Shown: positions 25,508-40,341 of the stretch, piece by piece
Numbering within the stretch: the stretch's first letter is position 1
How the letters are laid out: each line of letters starts with the position of its first letter
From: Psilocybe cubensis
Lineage: Eukaryota
Length of the DNA: 64,000 nucleotides
Direction of reading: 5' to 3'
Assembly: GCA_017499595.2 (NCBI GenBank)
Contig: CM039008.1
Span: 310,001-374,000 of the forward strand
Program-made: the position numbers and the translations under genes
Notes under the pieces: generated by a model
The model's database searches: none
What the model was told of the DNA's origin: nothing
Seen by the model: only the letters and a program-made list of their open reading frames with translations

Positions 25508-25999
25508 ATGTACTTCAAGAGCATCCTTGCATTAATTTCTTTATCAACTTCTATGCTTGCAGTTGGAGCTGCTCCTGCTGTTGATAGTGTTGAGGTAAGG
25601 GTATCTTTAAATCTCTTTCGACATTTGCTAAATAACATTTGCCTGGAAGAATACGAGCTCTCCAGACTCTGCCCAGGTCGATGGACACCTTTTTGTCTGC
25701 ACAGACAATAATTTCACAGGAATATGTGCAAACGTCGCATTCAACGTCGACGAATGCATAAACTTTGTGTCCCCGTTCCAAGACACGATCTCAAGCTTCG
25801 GGCCTGACTCCGGGTTTATTTGTATTACTTACACGTTAGTTTAACACAAGTCTTTCTCAGATTCTCTATGCTAACTACGATTTTTTAAAGTGACAATAAC
25901 TGTCAAGGACTGACCTACACGGCAGTCAATCCAGGCTTTTCGAGCTTGCCTTCGGGCATCAATGACGCTATATCTTCTTTCCAATGCTTCCACAACTAA
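25508..25999 (+). CDS. Small secreted Cys-rich protein, beta/gamma-crystallin-like (3 exons)
   Basis: MYFKSILALISLSTSMLAVGAAPAVDSVE|NTSSPDSAQVDGHLFVCTDNNFTGICANVAFNVDECINFVSPFQDTISSFGPDSGFICITYT|DNNCQGLTYTAVNPGFSSLPSGINDAISSFQCFHN*; intron 1 at 25595-25649; twice-repeated DxISSF motif. Confidence 0.8.
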
Positions 26000-26560
26000 T
26001 TATACACCTTACAATATCTGAAGGTGGAAACTCTTGAGTAGATGTATCAAGCATCTAGCAGATATAGGTACTAATACCAAAGTTGCCCTTCATGTTCTAA
26101 GTAATAAACTCTAAATATGCATTCCTGCCTGTCAAAATTGAGATATCATCAAAATTTTGATACCTACAACGTGAGGCAGTACTGGAACCCAATTCCGTGC
26201 TAAGAACGGCTCGTAAAGTGCGACGTGTTCGAGGAACATAAAATAATGGTGAACATAGTGCTCAATGTCTGGACAGCAGGCAGCTTGGCATGCAGCGCAT
26301 AACCTGTCCCAATTTCTTAAAGTCCAACTCCAGATAAGGCGTGGGACATTGTTACAAAGCATGCCTATTAATAGTATATATATGACGTTCTCAGGACCGA
26401 TCCACGCGGGAGTATGTTCTGATCGATGTGGATATGACATCAACTCATTCTCCTCTGGAACGGTTCTTGACTGCAAGTTCGCCGCAGTGACGACTCTTAC
26501 CCCACCTCATGGCTATATTCTTCTCCTATTAGTACCTACTATCACTATCTCTTGCACATC

Positions 26561-27482
26561 ATGACTACACTATTAAACAAAGCCGGAAAAGAACTCTTCG
26601 CCAAGCACCTTGAGCAATACGCGCCTCAGGACCCTTTATACGAATTCTACACCAATGAAAGAGGAAAGCAGAAGCGAAGAAAGGTGTGTACGCGACTATT
26701 TTTTTGCCATAGACCTTTCATTAAACACAGAATGGCAGCGTGCCATCCCACCAGGCCTCTCGAAAAGAGACGCTAAAATTTTGAAGAAGCTCATGTCTCG
26801 GGCACACTACCTGGACAAAGGGTTCTCATTCTGTGGTCTTCGCTTTGGGTGGACATTTATTATCGGAATGATTCCACTGGTTGGCGACGTCGCCGACATC
26901 AGTCTCAACTACCTTCTCATCGTCAAGCCTGCGCGCAAGCTAGAGCTCCCAAACTGGCTGCTGCGCCGGATGATGGTCAACAACGCCGTTAGCGCAGGGG
27001 TGGGGTTTGTTCCTGTCGCTGGGGACGTCTTTGTCGGGGCTTTCAAGGCCAACTCGCGCAATGTAGCTCTAGTCGAGGAGTTTTTGAGGATTAGAGGGGA
27101 AGAGTTTATCAAGATGGGTGGCGTTGCCGAGGAAGAAGCGAAGAAGGGGTGGTTCGGGACCTTGAAGGGAAGGCAGAAAGCCACTGCACCCGTCGCCCCT
27201 ATGAGCCCCCAGGATGTGGAGCAGGTCAAACCGGGCGCTGGGATGTCGGGAGATGAGATGAAGAACTCTTTGTCCGATGAAATATTGGATGGTCAGATGT
27301 CCAATGCTCCAGTAAACAGCGTTCCTGCGAGGTCAGGATCGTCTGGTTTCAGCCTATTTGGTTCCCGCAAGTCAAAGGGAAAGAATATAGCTCCCAATTC
27401 ATCACGGTCTGCTCAAGCTGACAGAGGACGCTTTGTCGAGGATGCCGATGTTGTGCCAGGGGCAATTGGACCTTCGAATTAA
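26561..27482 (+). CDS. DUF4112-type membrane protein (2 exons)
   Basis: RAHYLDKGFSFCGLRFGWTFIIGMIPLVGDVAD and GFVPVAGDVFVGAFKANSRN motifs; first exon MTTLLNKAGKELF...KRRK. Confidence 0.85.
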
Positions 27483-27604
27483 CGATAGCGCAATGATGAC
27501 ACTGATCACTAGTATTTGACATCTATTCGATACCCCTACTTCTTGCTTAATTTAATCTGCTTCACCCTTTCAATCACTGTTGAAATCTACGCTAATTACG
27601 CTGG

Positions 27605-29275
27605 TTATCTGCCTTCGGATAGTACCACGTCGTCGTTGGCCACTCCGTGTACATGGAAAACCATACGGCTACATGTAACTGTTGTTATCGCCACATAAAA
27701 TGACAAAGGTCCAGTGATATATGGCTGTAACATTACAACGGTTATTGAAATGAGCACGACAATCTTGAAGTAAATACATACCAGGTCGGTTAGCCAAACT
27801 ATTGTGCAAATAGTGCATATTAAGGTAATGCTGATATAGTAGTATATTCGTCAGATACATTCGGACGATGAAATAGCAAGAAGAAGACTTACGCTAAGAA
27901 GTAAATCACAGAGTGTCCAACAAGTACATCGACAAGGCGTACACCAGTAGAATATCGCGATCCGCCGCATTGCTTGTAATGAGCAATTGCCTGTTTGATG
28001 ACCATTGCACATAGAAGGAACTCAAAGGCCATCCCCACCAGCCAATATGCGAGGGACAAAGAGGGAAATTTTGATATGCCACAGAAATGTGCCCCTTCAA
28101 AGGGCAATGCGATCAAGGCATGTTCTAAAGGAGGTATTAATTATGCCTTTATTCCAAAAGGTGACTTGACCCGACTCTACCCGAAAGTTCTTGTTTATAT
28201 GATACGGTCACAACCGCTACTGACCCAGCCAGTGACAGGAGGTAGCAAGGAACCATGAAAGCAAGAACTTTTTTGCTCTTTGAATAGAGCATGTACACTC
28301 GGAGCTGTAAGATCGCTGTACTCATAATGTTGAGTCCAGTGACATCTTCCAAGTTAAAAACTGACGCTTGCCTTGGGTAGTTGCTGATACTACAACGGGT
28401 CCCCATGATTCTAGGAGTAGAAAATGGCTGCCTTCAGCATTGTTAGCCTTTTCCCACTTACGAGAAGCATAAAACACTCACAACTGAGAAAAACAGCAAC
28501 GTATGGGAAGATGTTAATCATAATTTCTTGTTTTCAAGCTTGAGGAATAAAGATAGCCTACAACTAAAAAAAAGATGAGTCATTGCTCAAAGTTGTTGAC
28601 CATCGTTTTCACCTTATCATCTTCATCACGAAAGCATAGCACTATTATCATGATCAGTATCCGTGTCTTTTGATTTTAGAACATTGAATCATCCCATATT
28701 ACCGTATATTACATAGCTATATTAGGGGCTATGATCTAATCATATATGGGGTATTAACATGACAGAAACTTACATGCTGGATAAGACAACATAGTAACGA
28801 TTCTGGAGCGCTTGAGTCTTGTGTCCACTTATTTTGGTGTCCCACTTACTACAATGAGGAATAGTTTGACAGAGTGGAAGCGCGTTTTCTGACAGATCCG
28901 TCAACAGAAAGTCAGTATAGTACACAAGTGATAGATGTATTTTTACCCATAGAAATAATCTCTGTTGAATGGGATCCGCATCGAATTAAACAAATCAACC
29001 ACGTTGCAAGGATTGCGCTGAATACCTCCTGCTCGAACGTAATAACTGAGATGGGGATCAATAAATTCAATGAGCTGACATCGGTAAGATGGATGTTGGG
29101 TAATTAATGGGCCTACCATAATCATAAATAGCAAGTGCAATTGCGCAGACTAAGGTGACGACGTTATAAGCGACTTAATGAGAGGTATGATTGCTCACGA
29201 ACGCTGAGTAGCTGTAGAGAATTGTATGACTCTCTGACCCTGAATAAAGGCTTCACTCGATGCAGAAATTGACAT
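27605..29275 (-). CDS. Second DUF6533-like multi-pass membrane protein (many small exons; 3' end approximate)
   Basis: Spliced N-terminus MSISASSEAFIQGQRVIQFSTATQLCAIALAIYDYVITFEQERLFLWKTRFHSVKLFLIVNRYY; later ILQLRVYMLY, LVDVLVGHSVIYF, VTCSRMVFHV. Confidence 0.7.
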
Positions 29276-30290
29276 GTTGGCGAGAGAGACATCAGAACAA
29301 AATTTCCTCTTTATAACGACCGTTGAGTTTGACTAATTTGGACTGGTCTCCACCTTCTAAGTATAATTCAAATCATGATCATGATGTGTTTATTTTTATG
29401 TATACGAGTATTGCAAGTATGGGCGCTGGAGCTGTGTGACGAGTTTCCCAAAAGAATGACTTTGTTAATCAACTCCCATAGCTCATCACATCATGGTACT
29501 TGGCCTACGAAAATTCGCATCGCTTCATCAAATCGAATAACGATGATCCTTCTCATTTATTAGCCGGAGTGCTACTGAAATTGGACCGTCAATATTGCTT
29601 CTCCGGTGAGAATGTCGATCCAAGAGAGATTGATGTGTACGGAAGTCCACAGTGCCCATTCAATTAAATACCACTGGCAGAAATTGAAGAAAAGATGCCT
29701 GAGAAATACTTTAGTAAAATTCATTGACTTACTGAAGGGCTCAACTGTACATCAACGTTCTATTTCCACAACACTGTTCCTTATGATGGATTCCGAACGC
29801 TCCACGGAGGAAACTGCATAGAATTGAGGGGCGCCCTTCCTTGGGCAACAGTCGGATCGGACGTCCGATTTAATTTAATTTAAAGTCCGCGTGATGCTTG
29901 CCATCGGCCACAACAATACACAAAGAATCTCATGCAAAAAGTTCAAAATTATGTTCGACCTTGGTTCGACCCGCATTGGCCACTGGCATTGATTGAACTC
30001 CATCACCACATTTTCGAGCTATCCTGTATTCTTCACTGGAAATGCGCGCGATGGAGTACGATAAAGGCGTAATGGAAATACTCCTAGTGGGAACACATTC
30101 TTTTTGTATCGCAGGTTAAGTCAGTGGGAGACTGTCATTCAAGATATATCGTGCACGATTTGTGGATATCGTCCGGATATTTTTGTTCCCACCAAAAATA
30201 TTCACATCCTTACCCAGGCTTATCTGCGAGCAAATATGTGTGATAAGAACCCTCCTGGCTCCCCTTTACGCTCTCCATCCTGCAGTCGAA

Positions 30291-33200
30291 ATGCCATCGG
30301 ACTTTAAGCCACTCCTAGGTGCGAGCGCTGACTTCGGTTTTTCCATCGTCACCCGCGGACCTGACGTTTCAACATCTTGTTAGATCAAAGTGTAGGATAT
30401 GGCGTGGTCATCGGTTTGGAACTCCTATACCTCCAGAAAATCCCTGTTCTGAATATTCACGAATACCACAGGCGTCGGATTTTTTTTCGCTTTCGTGATG
30501 CTTTGTCTCACGTTTCTACAAACTCGCTTTACCAACACCTCTCCAAAAGCCTCTGAAGAGTTTACGGTGGGACATTCATTACGTGGAACGACATGCCATG
30601 ATTATTGACACCATTCAGACCGCATCCAGGAACGTGAAAGTGAGCATCGTCCAAGTCGTCATGCAAACTCAAGAGTGACGTGTATTTCTCAGCCTGGCTT
30701 GGTGTGTTGTGGCATGTGCGTTGTAATGCTATTTTCGAGTGAAATAGAAGTCTAAATCCATTTTCAGTGTCAGTGCTTGGACGTGGAGTGCAACCTTGCT
30801 CCAGTCAAGCACTGCTGCCTACACATTTGGAGTCAGTGGCCCATGGTACGTGCAATTGAACCATCCCTCGATTTCTCATGTTGATCTATGTTAAAAAGGT
30901 GGTACGGTGTTGGCGGGACAATTCAACTAGCCATATTTGGGATGGTCGCCGCAAAAGTTAAAATGAATGCCAATGGGGCACACACTTTTCTAGAGGTGAG
31001 CTTTGTCTTATGAATTGTAAACATTTATTGGTCCAAACAAGAACTGTAGATAGTGAAAGTTCGATTTGGCACAGGCCCCCACTTGTTGTTCACTTTTTAT
31101 GCGTTCCTATGTATCATGGTTGTGTGTGGATCATTGCTCCGTTCGTGTTCACTATTTTTTCTACCCACAATGAAACGCTGAATGGAAATAGTCGGAGGCG
31201 CCGCAACGGTTAATGCACTGACTGGCATGAATATCCGTTCGTTCTTGATCCAACGACTCCATTCTTCCAACGTTCTCTAACTTCAAAATAATCAGTCGCT
31301 GCATGCTTCCTTCTTCCCATTGGAATCGCTGTTTATGTGATTGTTGGGTACGAATCCGGTTTGTCAAAGCTTTAGGGACTTTAATGTTAATCATCGAACA
31401 GGGGACTTAGAGCTACATTTGTCTGTGATTGGAGTCACACCCTTATTCTTTTCATTATCATATATATCGTGAGTCCTCTTCAAAAATCCTTTTGCGTAGA
31501 GTGACTAACGTGTTGCAGTTTCTATTCAGAACCTTGTAAGCAATGCATGCAATCCTTTAATGCAGTTTCTGACGATACTTCCAGCGGCACTTCTCCGGCG
31601 ACGGATGGGGTGTCAGGATTTTATAACCTTCTTGTCACGGCTGGTCGTCAAAGTCCAGTCATAGGGAATCAAGATGGAAGCTACTTGACTATGAAGAGTA
31701 ATCAAGGTCTAGTCTTTGGAGCTGCGACGATTCTGAGTGGATTCTCGGGAATCTTCTGCGACCAGGGGTACTGGCAACGAGTACGATTTCTCTGGAATCG
31801 CAAAGGCGATACTTTGAACATTGTTTGACCATTTGTTTCCAGGCAATCGCAAGTCATCCAAAATCAACCACCAAAGCATATGTGAGTTGTCCCATCACAT
31901 AACCTGTTAAACTTGAGGCTTAAAAATCGACATGGGGGCAGATGCTAGGAGGTCTTTCATGGTCCGTGACGTTCTAAAAACACTGTGTCCTTGTTTATTA
32001 AAATGCTTTCAGGTTCGCAGTGCCTTTTGCATTTGCTAGCTGTCTTGGTCTTGCGGCCCGGGCACTTCAAAATGATGTAGCGCCTCCTCCTTTACAATTT
32101 ATAGAATTCCATCCTCACACGCAATATTTAGCCTCGGTTTCCGACATTTCCAGAACCACTGTCCGCATCACAAGTCAGTGCAGGATTAGCAGCTCCTGCC
32201 GCTGCAGCAGTAGTAATGGGGAAGGGAGGAGCTATAGCTGTTCTTCTTGTAGTTTTGTACGTCATTAAACTTCAACGGATTTCTACTACCCGCTGACTTT
32301 ACATTTATAATGTATTGGACCATTTTTGAAATAGTATGGCTGTAACAAGCGCATGTAGTGCCGAGGTAAGTTTATCTATAGTCGCCGTTTTAACATTTCA
32401 TTCTCACAGACACCTCGTAGCTCATCGCCGTCTCTAGTCTTTTGTGAGCCCTGTTTCTCTATAACTTTGTATACATTTACTAATCATGCGATATTTACCA
32501 AGTTCCTATGAGTGGGTTCCATTTTCCATTAAATGCATTGATATTTTCTTACGCTCGTTTCACAGCATCTATAAAGCATACTTCTTTCCGAAAGCCAGAG
32601 GTCCAGAGATCGTCCGTGTGTCACATATGTTCATCTGCTTCTGGGCCGTGTGGATGGGATGCTGGGCCACTATCGTAAATTTCATTCTCCTGTTCGTTGA
32701 TTTGAGATATCTATTAAATCACTTGGTTTAGTTGCACAAGGCAAATATTGATCTCGGCTGGGTAAGTGTCGCTGGAGTCTTGCAGGATCCGCTTTTTTCT
32801 TACCGTTCATCTTATCTTTGACAGCTGTTCTACGTGCAGTAAGTCACTCAATTCCTTTCTTATGCGTAGCACTAGGCTTGATACTTTACACTTTATAGGG
32901 GTGTCGTTCTGAGTCCAGCTGTTATACCAATTGCACTAACGGTGACATGGCGAAAATTGACAAGCGCTGGCATCATAGCAGGTGCTTTACTGGGAGCTTC
33001 ACTAGGTTCGCTTGTTTATGATCCCACTGATGAACGTGACCCCTCATATCATTCAATCTTCAGGGATGACAGCGTGGATGATAGGATGCTGGAAAATCTA
33101 TGGTGAGTACACACTCCCACCGGAAAAGGTTTAGCCATGAACAAGTCATCTAGGTGAGATCAACGTTCCGAATCTCGCCCAGCCGTACTCCGCTGTATGT

Positions 33201-33924
33201 AGCGGCTTGACTGGACTTCTGTTCTCTGGACTAATTACCGTGGGAGTGTCTTTAATGAGTTGAGTGGCAATGTTGTGTGCTTAATTCTACATTCCTTTTT
33301 ACTAAATGTTGGATTTTCGATAGATCCTGCCGACTATGATTTCAAAGGCACACGAGGAATTGCAAATCTTGACATAGACATCGAAGGGGATGCCGTTAAT
33401 AAAAGTTCATCCGATGTCGTGGATGCAAAGAGTCCTAGTATTGAAAAAAGTGAAAAGGACCCGGCTGACATTCGGACCGATGCTGTAGTAGCCGCTGACG
33501 AGAATACGTCTTCGAATGGTCCTGATGAGGAAGAACAACCAAGCATGGCCACGCTGAAACTCGCTTTCAAGAAAGCGGCGTGGTACAGCTTAACGCTAAC
33601 GTCAATTGTCACAGTCATAGGTGCGAATTTGCGGCGCGTTTGTTCTCCCCATAACATTCTGACTGTTTTTGTGTTAGTGCCTTTGCCTATGTTCTTCTCC
33701 CACTACGTCTTTAGTGAAAGGTTCTTCACATTTTGGATCTCTGTGAGCATGTACGTTTTTTACTTATTACTTTTCAGCCATCTATGCTGATTAGACTGTG
33801 TATGATTTGTAGTATTTGGGCTCTCTTAAGCGGAACATTCTCAGTTCTGCTGCCTGTCTGGGAATCCAGGCGCGAAATAGCTCAAATTTTGGTAGGATGT
33901 TGGAGGATTTTGCGCAGGAAATGA
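30291..33924 (+). CDS. DUR3: Urea/polyamine active transporter, sodium:solute symporter family (DUR3-like), highly fragmented
   Basis: Spliced motifs GYGVVIG, SEEFTTASRNVKPGL, VSAWTWSATLLQS, KMNANGAHTFLEIVKVRFG, DQGYWQRAIAS, MAVTSACSAELIAVSS, VLLPVWESR. Confidence 0.88.
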
Positions 33925-34683
33925 TCATAACTGCCAGTCGTAACACCATCATTATATGTATAAGGTTTCTGTTAACATACTTATAGCACGTATATGTGCT
34001 TCCGCGTTTTATGGTTTCCCTGTTCACGGATGAACATATATACGCGCTTCGGCAAGTCGCGAGGCAAGTTGCGATTTAGGGGTGTCATGTGAGATCACAA
34101 ACCAGTTGCCGGAAAAAAGCCGCCACAATAAGTTCTTCCGTCCCACTGTCACCGTCACCACACGAGCTCTCGATAAACGCTTCTAGACATGCTATTTCTC
34201 GTTTCACCCGCCATGGACGCTTTGGTTTCTTTTGAACTCGCCGTCACAAAATCTTCCGGCGACGACGCTTTGCAATACTCCTGTCTTTATGTCTTTAACA
34301 ATCTAAGTAGCCCGCGCAACGGACCTTGAGATACGGTGCAGTTCACGCGGCTTATCCAGTGTTCTGGCTTGGGTTCTCGTGCTCTCGTGTCCATTTTTCC
34401 CGGATATACCTTTCATCGTGTGACACTTTAATTCTCATCCTACGAGAGGGGACTTAAGACGGAAGGACTCTTTAGTTTACACCGAGCACGATAGCTTGTT
34501 GATCAACCTTGACAAGGCAGGTATGGTAGCATGGTCTTGGCGGGTGTATTTCTATGGGACTCGGAGCTCATATATGGTGTTAAATGGGCACGAGAATCCT
34601 GCTGTCCGTATTCGACCCCTTTGATTTGTACCCCCTCCAGTGCCAGCGGGTGGGCACGTACAAGGTTTACTCGAAGGAATCGG

Positions 34684-36929
<2,246 letters not shown>

Positions 36930-38091
36930 TAAATTATCAACCATATACCAGATCCATTGTTCAATAAAACTGTATTTCTATCAACACTCGAAATACCGGA
37001 CTTCTTCCAGGGATTTTAGCTTGGCCATTGGCGATTAATCTTCTGCAATTTTATCTACATTACAATGAATAACGGATCAGCGCTCAGCAACCATGGACCT
37101 TTCCTTCTTGATCCTTCACCTCAAATTTCTTAAAAGTACTTGAATCCTGTTGGATGCGAAAATTTTCTATCCACACTTACATTGAGACTTTTTTTGCTTT
37201 CATATTCGAGATTTCAATCCAAAGTATGGTATTTTAGGGACAGTAATTCTTCCCTTCTCGGATTCCCATCCTTAATTTCAGAAAATCTCTATTCAACGCG
37301 TGACGTCATCAAGTGAGACAATTTTCTTCTATTTTGGGAACGAAGGATGAACACAGTTTTTCATATAAAAGGCTCATTTTTGCGAATTGTCCTTTCTTTT
37401 CTTCCACCTCCTTGACTACATCTCACTGTCCATTTCCCGACCTAATATTGACGTCCACGACGTTTCTGCAGCCGCATCCAGCCCCGCGAGCCCGAGGCTA
37501 TCGATTTCGCAACTCGTCCAGAATATATTTGTCGATAAGAGTACGTGATTAATCCTTGACAATGGATACTTATCCAAATACGCGCCAACCAACTTGTAAG
37601 GAACCTTGACTTGCATTTTCCCAGAGTTCTAGGCGCATATACTCAGTGAAACAACGCACCATATGCATGTATAGACGTTTGGCTTTGGGAGAATATGATT
37701 CTGAAAAGGTGCGTTTCGAAATCAAATCTTTTCATTTTCTCCCGTCTTTTACTTACTTTTTATCTTCTCGCTCCATTTACTGTATTTGACGCGTCGCGTC
37801 GCGTCGCTCTGTACCTGGTCACCTGATGTGATGACTAATAAATATTCACCGTGATCTCAGCCTCGCTTATCAAAGATTTTTTTTTTCGAATCAACTTTAC
37901 AACGAGGTCCTTTGGTGGTTCTCATTTGGTGAAGTCTTTCTGTCCCTTATAGACCCAATCCAGACGGACTTAAAAAAGGAGACACTCCTTGTGTATTCTT
38001 AATACCCTTTTGACGACTCCCTACCGCAAATTTACCCCTTTGTTCCGATATCAACCTATATCCTACCTTTATCCACAAATCCACGAATACC

Positions 38092-40341
38092 ATGTCGAAA
38101 CAACAAAACGGCGCCTCCCGTGCTACATCAGTCACTCCCGCTCCTGGTACACCCACTCCTGCTTCAGGGCCCACATCTTCGCTGCACCCTGTAGTCGGCA
38201 TCAACTTCGGAAATTCGTATGCGTCAATCGCCGTTTTCACCAAGGAGGGTCTGGCGGAATCGATCGCGAATGAAGATGGAGAGCGACAAATCGCTTGTGC
38301 CATCTCCTTCCATGGCGAGGAATTGGTACGTTTTCCTTTTATTGGTTCATGTTTTTCTGCAGCTTTCCAATCGCTATCTTTTTGCACTCCCTTGCGTCTT
38401 TTTATACCAATCCAAATCAATATGTCCACATCCCTTCGTGTACTGTGGGATTCATATCTGCGCCTTCTAATGCCCACTATTTTTTATTTTATGTGCTCCG
38501 CTAATCATTTTTCTTACACCACAGTATATCGGAAACCAAGCCAAACAGCAGCTCGTGAAAAACGCAAAGAACTCTATCGTTGGGTTCAGAAATCTTCTGG
38601 GCAAAAAGTAAGTGCTCGTTTTTTTACCTTCCAACGAAAACTCAACCTCGAATGTAGATTCTCTGAAATTCCAGGGTCAGAACACCCCACTCTTTCTGCG
38701 CCCATCATTCAACACCCCGACTTGGCCGATACCATTGCCTACAAAGTTGAGGTCCTCCAACCAGCCCCTTCTCCCTTGCCCACTTCCGCGATTACAACTC
38801 CCGCTGCGTCACACGCTCCCACTCCTCGTTCTGAACCCACCCCCACTTCCCGCATCCTCACTGTTCACGATGTTACCGTCATCTTCCTGCGCTCTCTGCT
38901 AAAATCTGCCGAAGATTTCCTCGGCAAGCCCATCACAGGTGCCGTCATCAGCGTACCCGAAGCTGAGACCTTCAACGACAAACAGCGAGAAGCGCTTAAG
39001 GAAGCGGCTAAGGAGGCCGGCCTTAATGTACTGCAGCTTTTGGACGAGGCTGCTGCTGTGGTTTCACTCACTACCACTTCATTGTGGAGCAGCGAGGAAG
39101 ATCAGGAGGAAGGTGGCCAACCATTAAACAAAGACAGGACCCAGCTCGTCGTCGACCTCGGTTCATCCGCACTTTCGCTTCACCTTGTGTCTGTGCGTGA
39201 AGGACTAAGCTATGTTCTTTCCTCCTCCTTCACCCCTAATGTCGGAGGCGACAAGATCGACGACAAGCTCATCACTTTCTTCGCCGCCGATTTCACCAAA
39301 AAGACCAAGGTTCCTCTCAAGGTGTGCCCCGCCCCCGCTGATGCCGTTGCCGACCAACGCGCGGAGGCCAAGCTGCGCCTCGCTATCGAACACACCAAAC
39401 GCACCATCAGTGCCTCACCTGGTGCGGCTACCTGCAGTGTCGAGTCACTCAAGGATGGCATGGATTACACCGGTAACATCAACCGTATGCGTTTCGATAT
39501 GCTCGCGTCGCCCATCTACGCCGCCGTCGCAGACGCGATCACTGCTCTTCTCTCGCGCGCCGCGTTTGATGCGCATGATGTCGATGAGGTTGTGTACGTT
39601 GGTGGTACCGGATGTCTTCCTGGTCTCGATAACAGGATCTGCCTGCAGGCCGGATTCAGGGAAGATGTTCAAACGCCGTTTGCGCGTGGCATCGTTGTCG
39701 GTGGAGGCGTCGGAGACCCAACTACCATCATCGCCCGTGGATGCGCATACCAAGCTGCGCTCCTCGATACCCTCACCAACTCGGAATCGCAGGAAGACAA
39801 GGAGATCCTTGCTGCCTTCGAAGCTGGCTCCGAGGCTAACCAGGTGAAAGCGACGACTAAGACGATTGGTGTTCTTTTCCCCAATGACCTCGAAGAGAAC
39901 AAGGAGGTCGGCGGTACCTGGATCCCCGTTGTTCAGCGCGAAACCGCGTTGCCTGTGCGCCGCATTGTGTCGCTTGATGTTGAAGTTGAAGAAGAGAGCA
40001 AACGCGTTGCGTTCGAGGTGTGGGAGGTTGTTGAGGGCATCCGCGTTGAGAAGGTCACTCCTCCTAAATCCCAAGACGATGAGGAGGAGGAAGAGGAAGA
40101 AGAAGAGGAGGAGGAAATTGAGGTTAAGCACCGCACAGTCACCAAACACGCGCTGCTCGCTGCATTTGATGGGAAAGCTAAACTCGCTGTGCAAACGAAA
40201 GGCAAGGGACCTCAGAAGGGCAAATGGTTCACGCGCGTCGAGATCCAGTTCGTTGTTGGAATCGATGGAGATCTGAACGTCGAGCTGAAGGAGATTGGAG
40301 GAGAGGAAGGACTGGTCCAGAGGATTCACGTCGCTGCGTAA
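38092..40341 (+). CDS. SSZ1: Atypical Hsp70 of the ribosome-associated complex, Ssz1 (introns 38326-38524, 38608-38657; 666 aa spliced)
   Basis: VGINFGNSYASIA and IANEDGERQIA (Ssz1-type degenerate Hsp70 motifs), exon 2 YIGNQAKQQLVKN, SVESLKDGMDYTGNINRMRFD; truncated C-terminus with acidic run. Confidence 0.92.
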   Translation: MSKQQNGASRATSVTPAPGTPTPASGPTSSLHPVVGINFGNSYASIAVFTKEGLAESIANEDGERQIACAISFHGEELVRFPFIGSCFSAAFQSLSFCTPLRLFIPIQINMSTSLRVLWDSYLRLLMPTIFYFMCSANHFSYTTVYRKPSQTAAREKRKELYRWVQKSSGQKVSARFFTFQRKLNLECRFSEIPGSEHPTLSAPIIQHPDLADTIAYKVEVLQPAPSPLPTSAITTPAASHAPTPRSEPTPTSRILTVHDVTVIFLRSLLKSAEDFLGKPITGAVISVPEAETFNDKQREALKEAAKEAGLNVLQLLDEAAAVVSLTTTSLWSSEEDQEEGGQPLNKDRTQLVVDLGSSALSLHLVSVREGLSYVLSSSFTPNVGGDKIDDKLITFFAADFTKKTKVPLKVCPAPADAVADQRAEAKLRLAIEHTKRTISASPGAATCSVESLKDGMDYTGNINRMRFDMLASPIYAAVADAITALLSRAAFDAHDVDEVVYVGGTGCLPGLDNRICLQAGFREDVQTPFARGIVVGGGVGDPTTIIARGCAYQAALLDTLTNSESQEDKEILAAFEAGSEANQVKATTKTIGVLFPNDLEENKEVGGTWIPVVQRETALPVRRIVSLDVEVEEESKRVAFEVWEVVEGIRVEKVTPPKSQDDEEEEEEEEEEEEIEVKHRTVTKHALLAAFDGKAKLAVQTKGKGPQKGKWFTRVEIQFVVGIDGDLNVELKEIGGEEGLVQRIHVAA

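Noticed and set aside
29950-29975. GGTTCGACCC B-box/T-loop-like motif
   Set aside because: No cloverleaf or A-box at suitable spacing; no tRNA called
39445-40329. 294-aa minus-strand ORF
   Set aside because: Antisense to SSZ1; explained by codon bias
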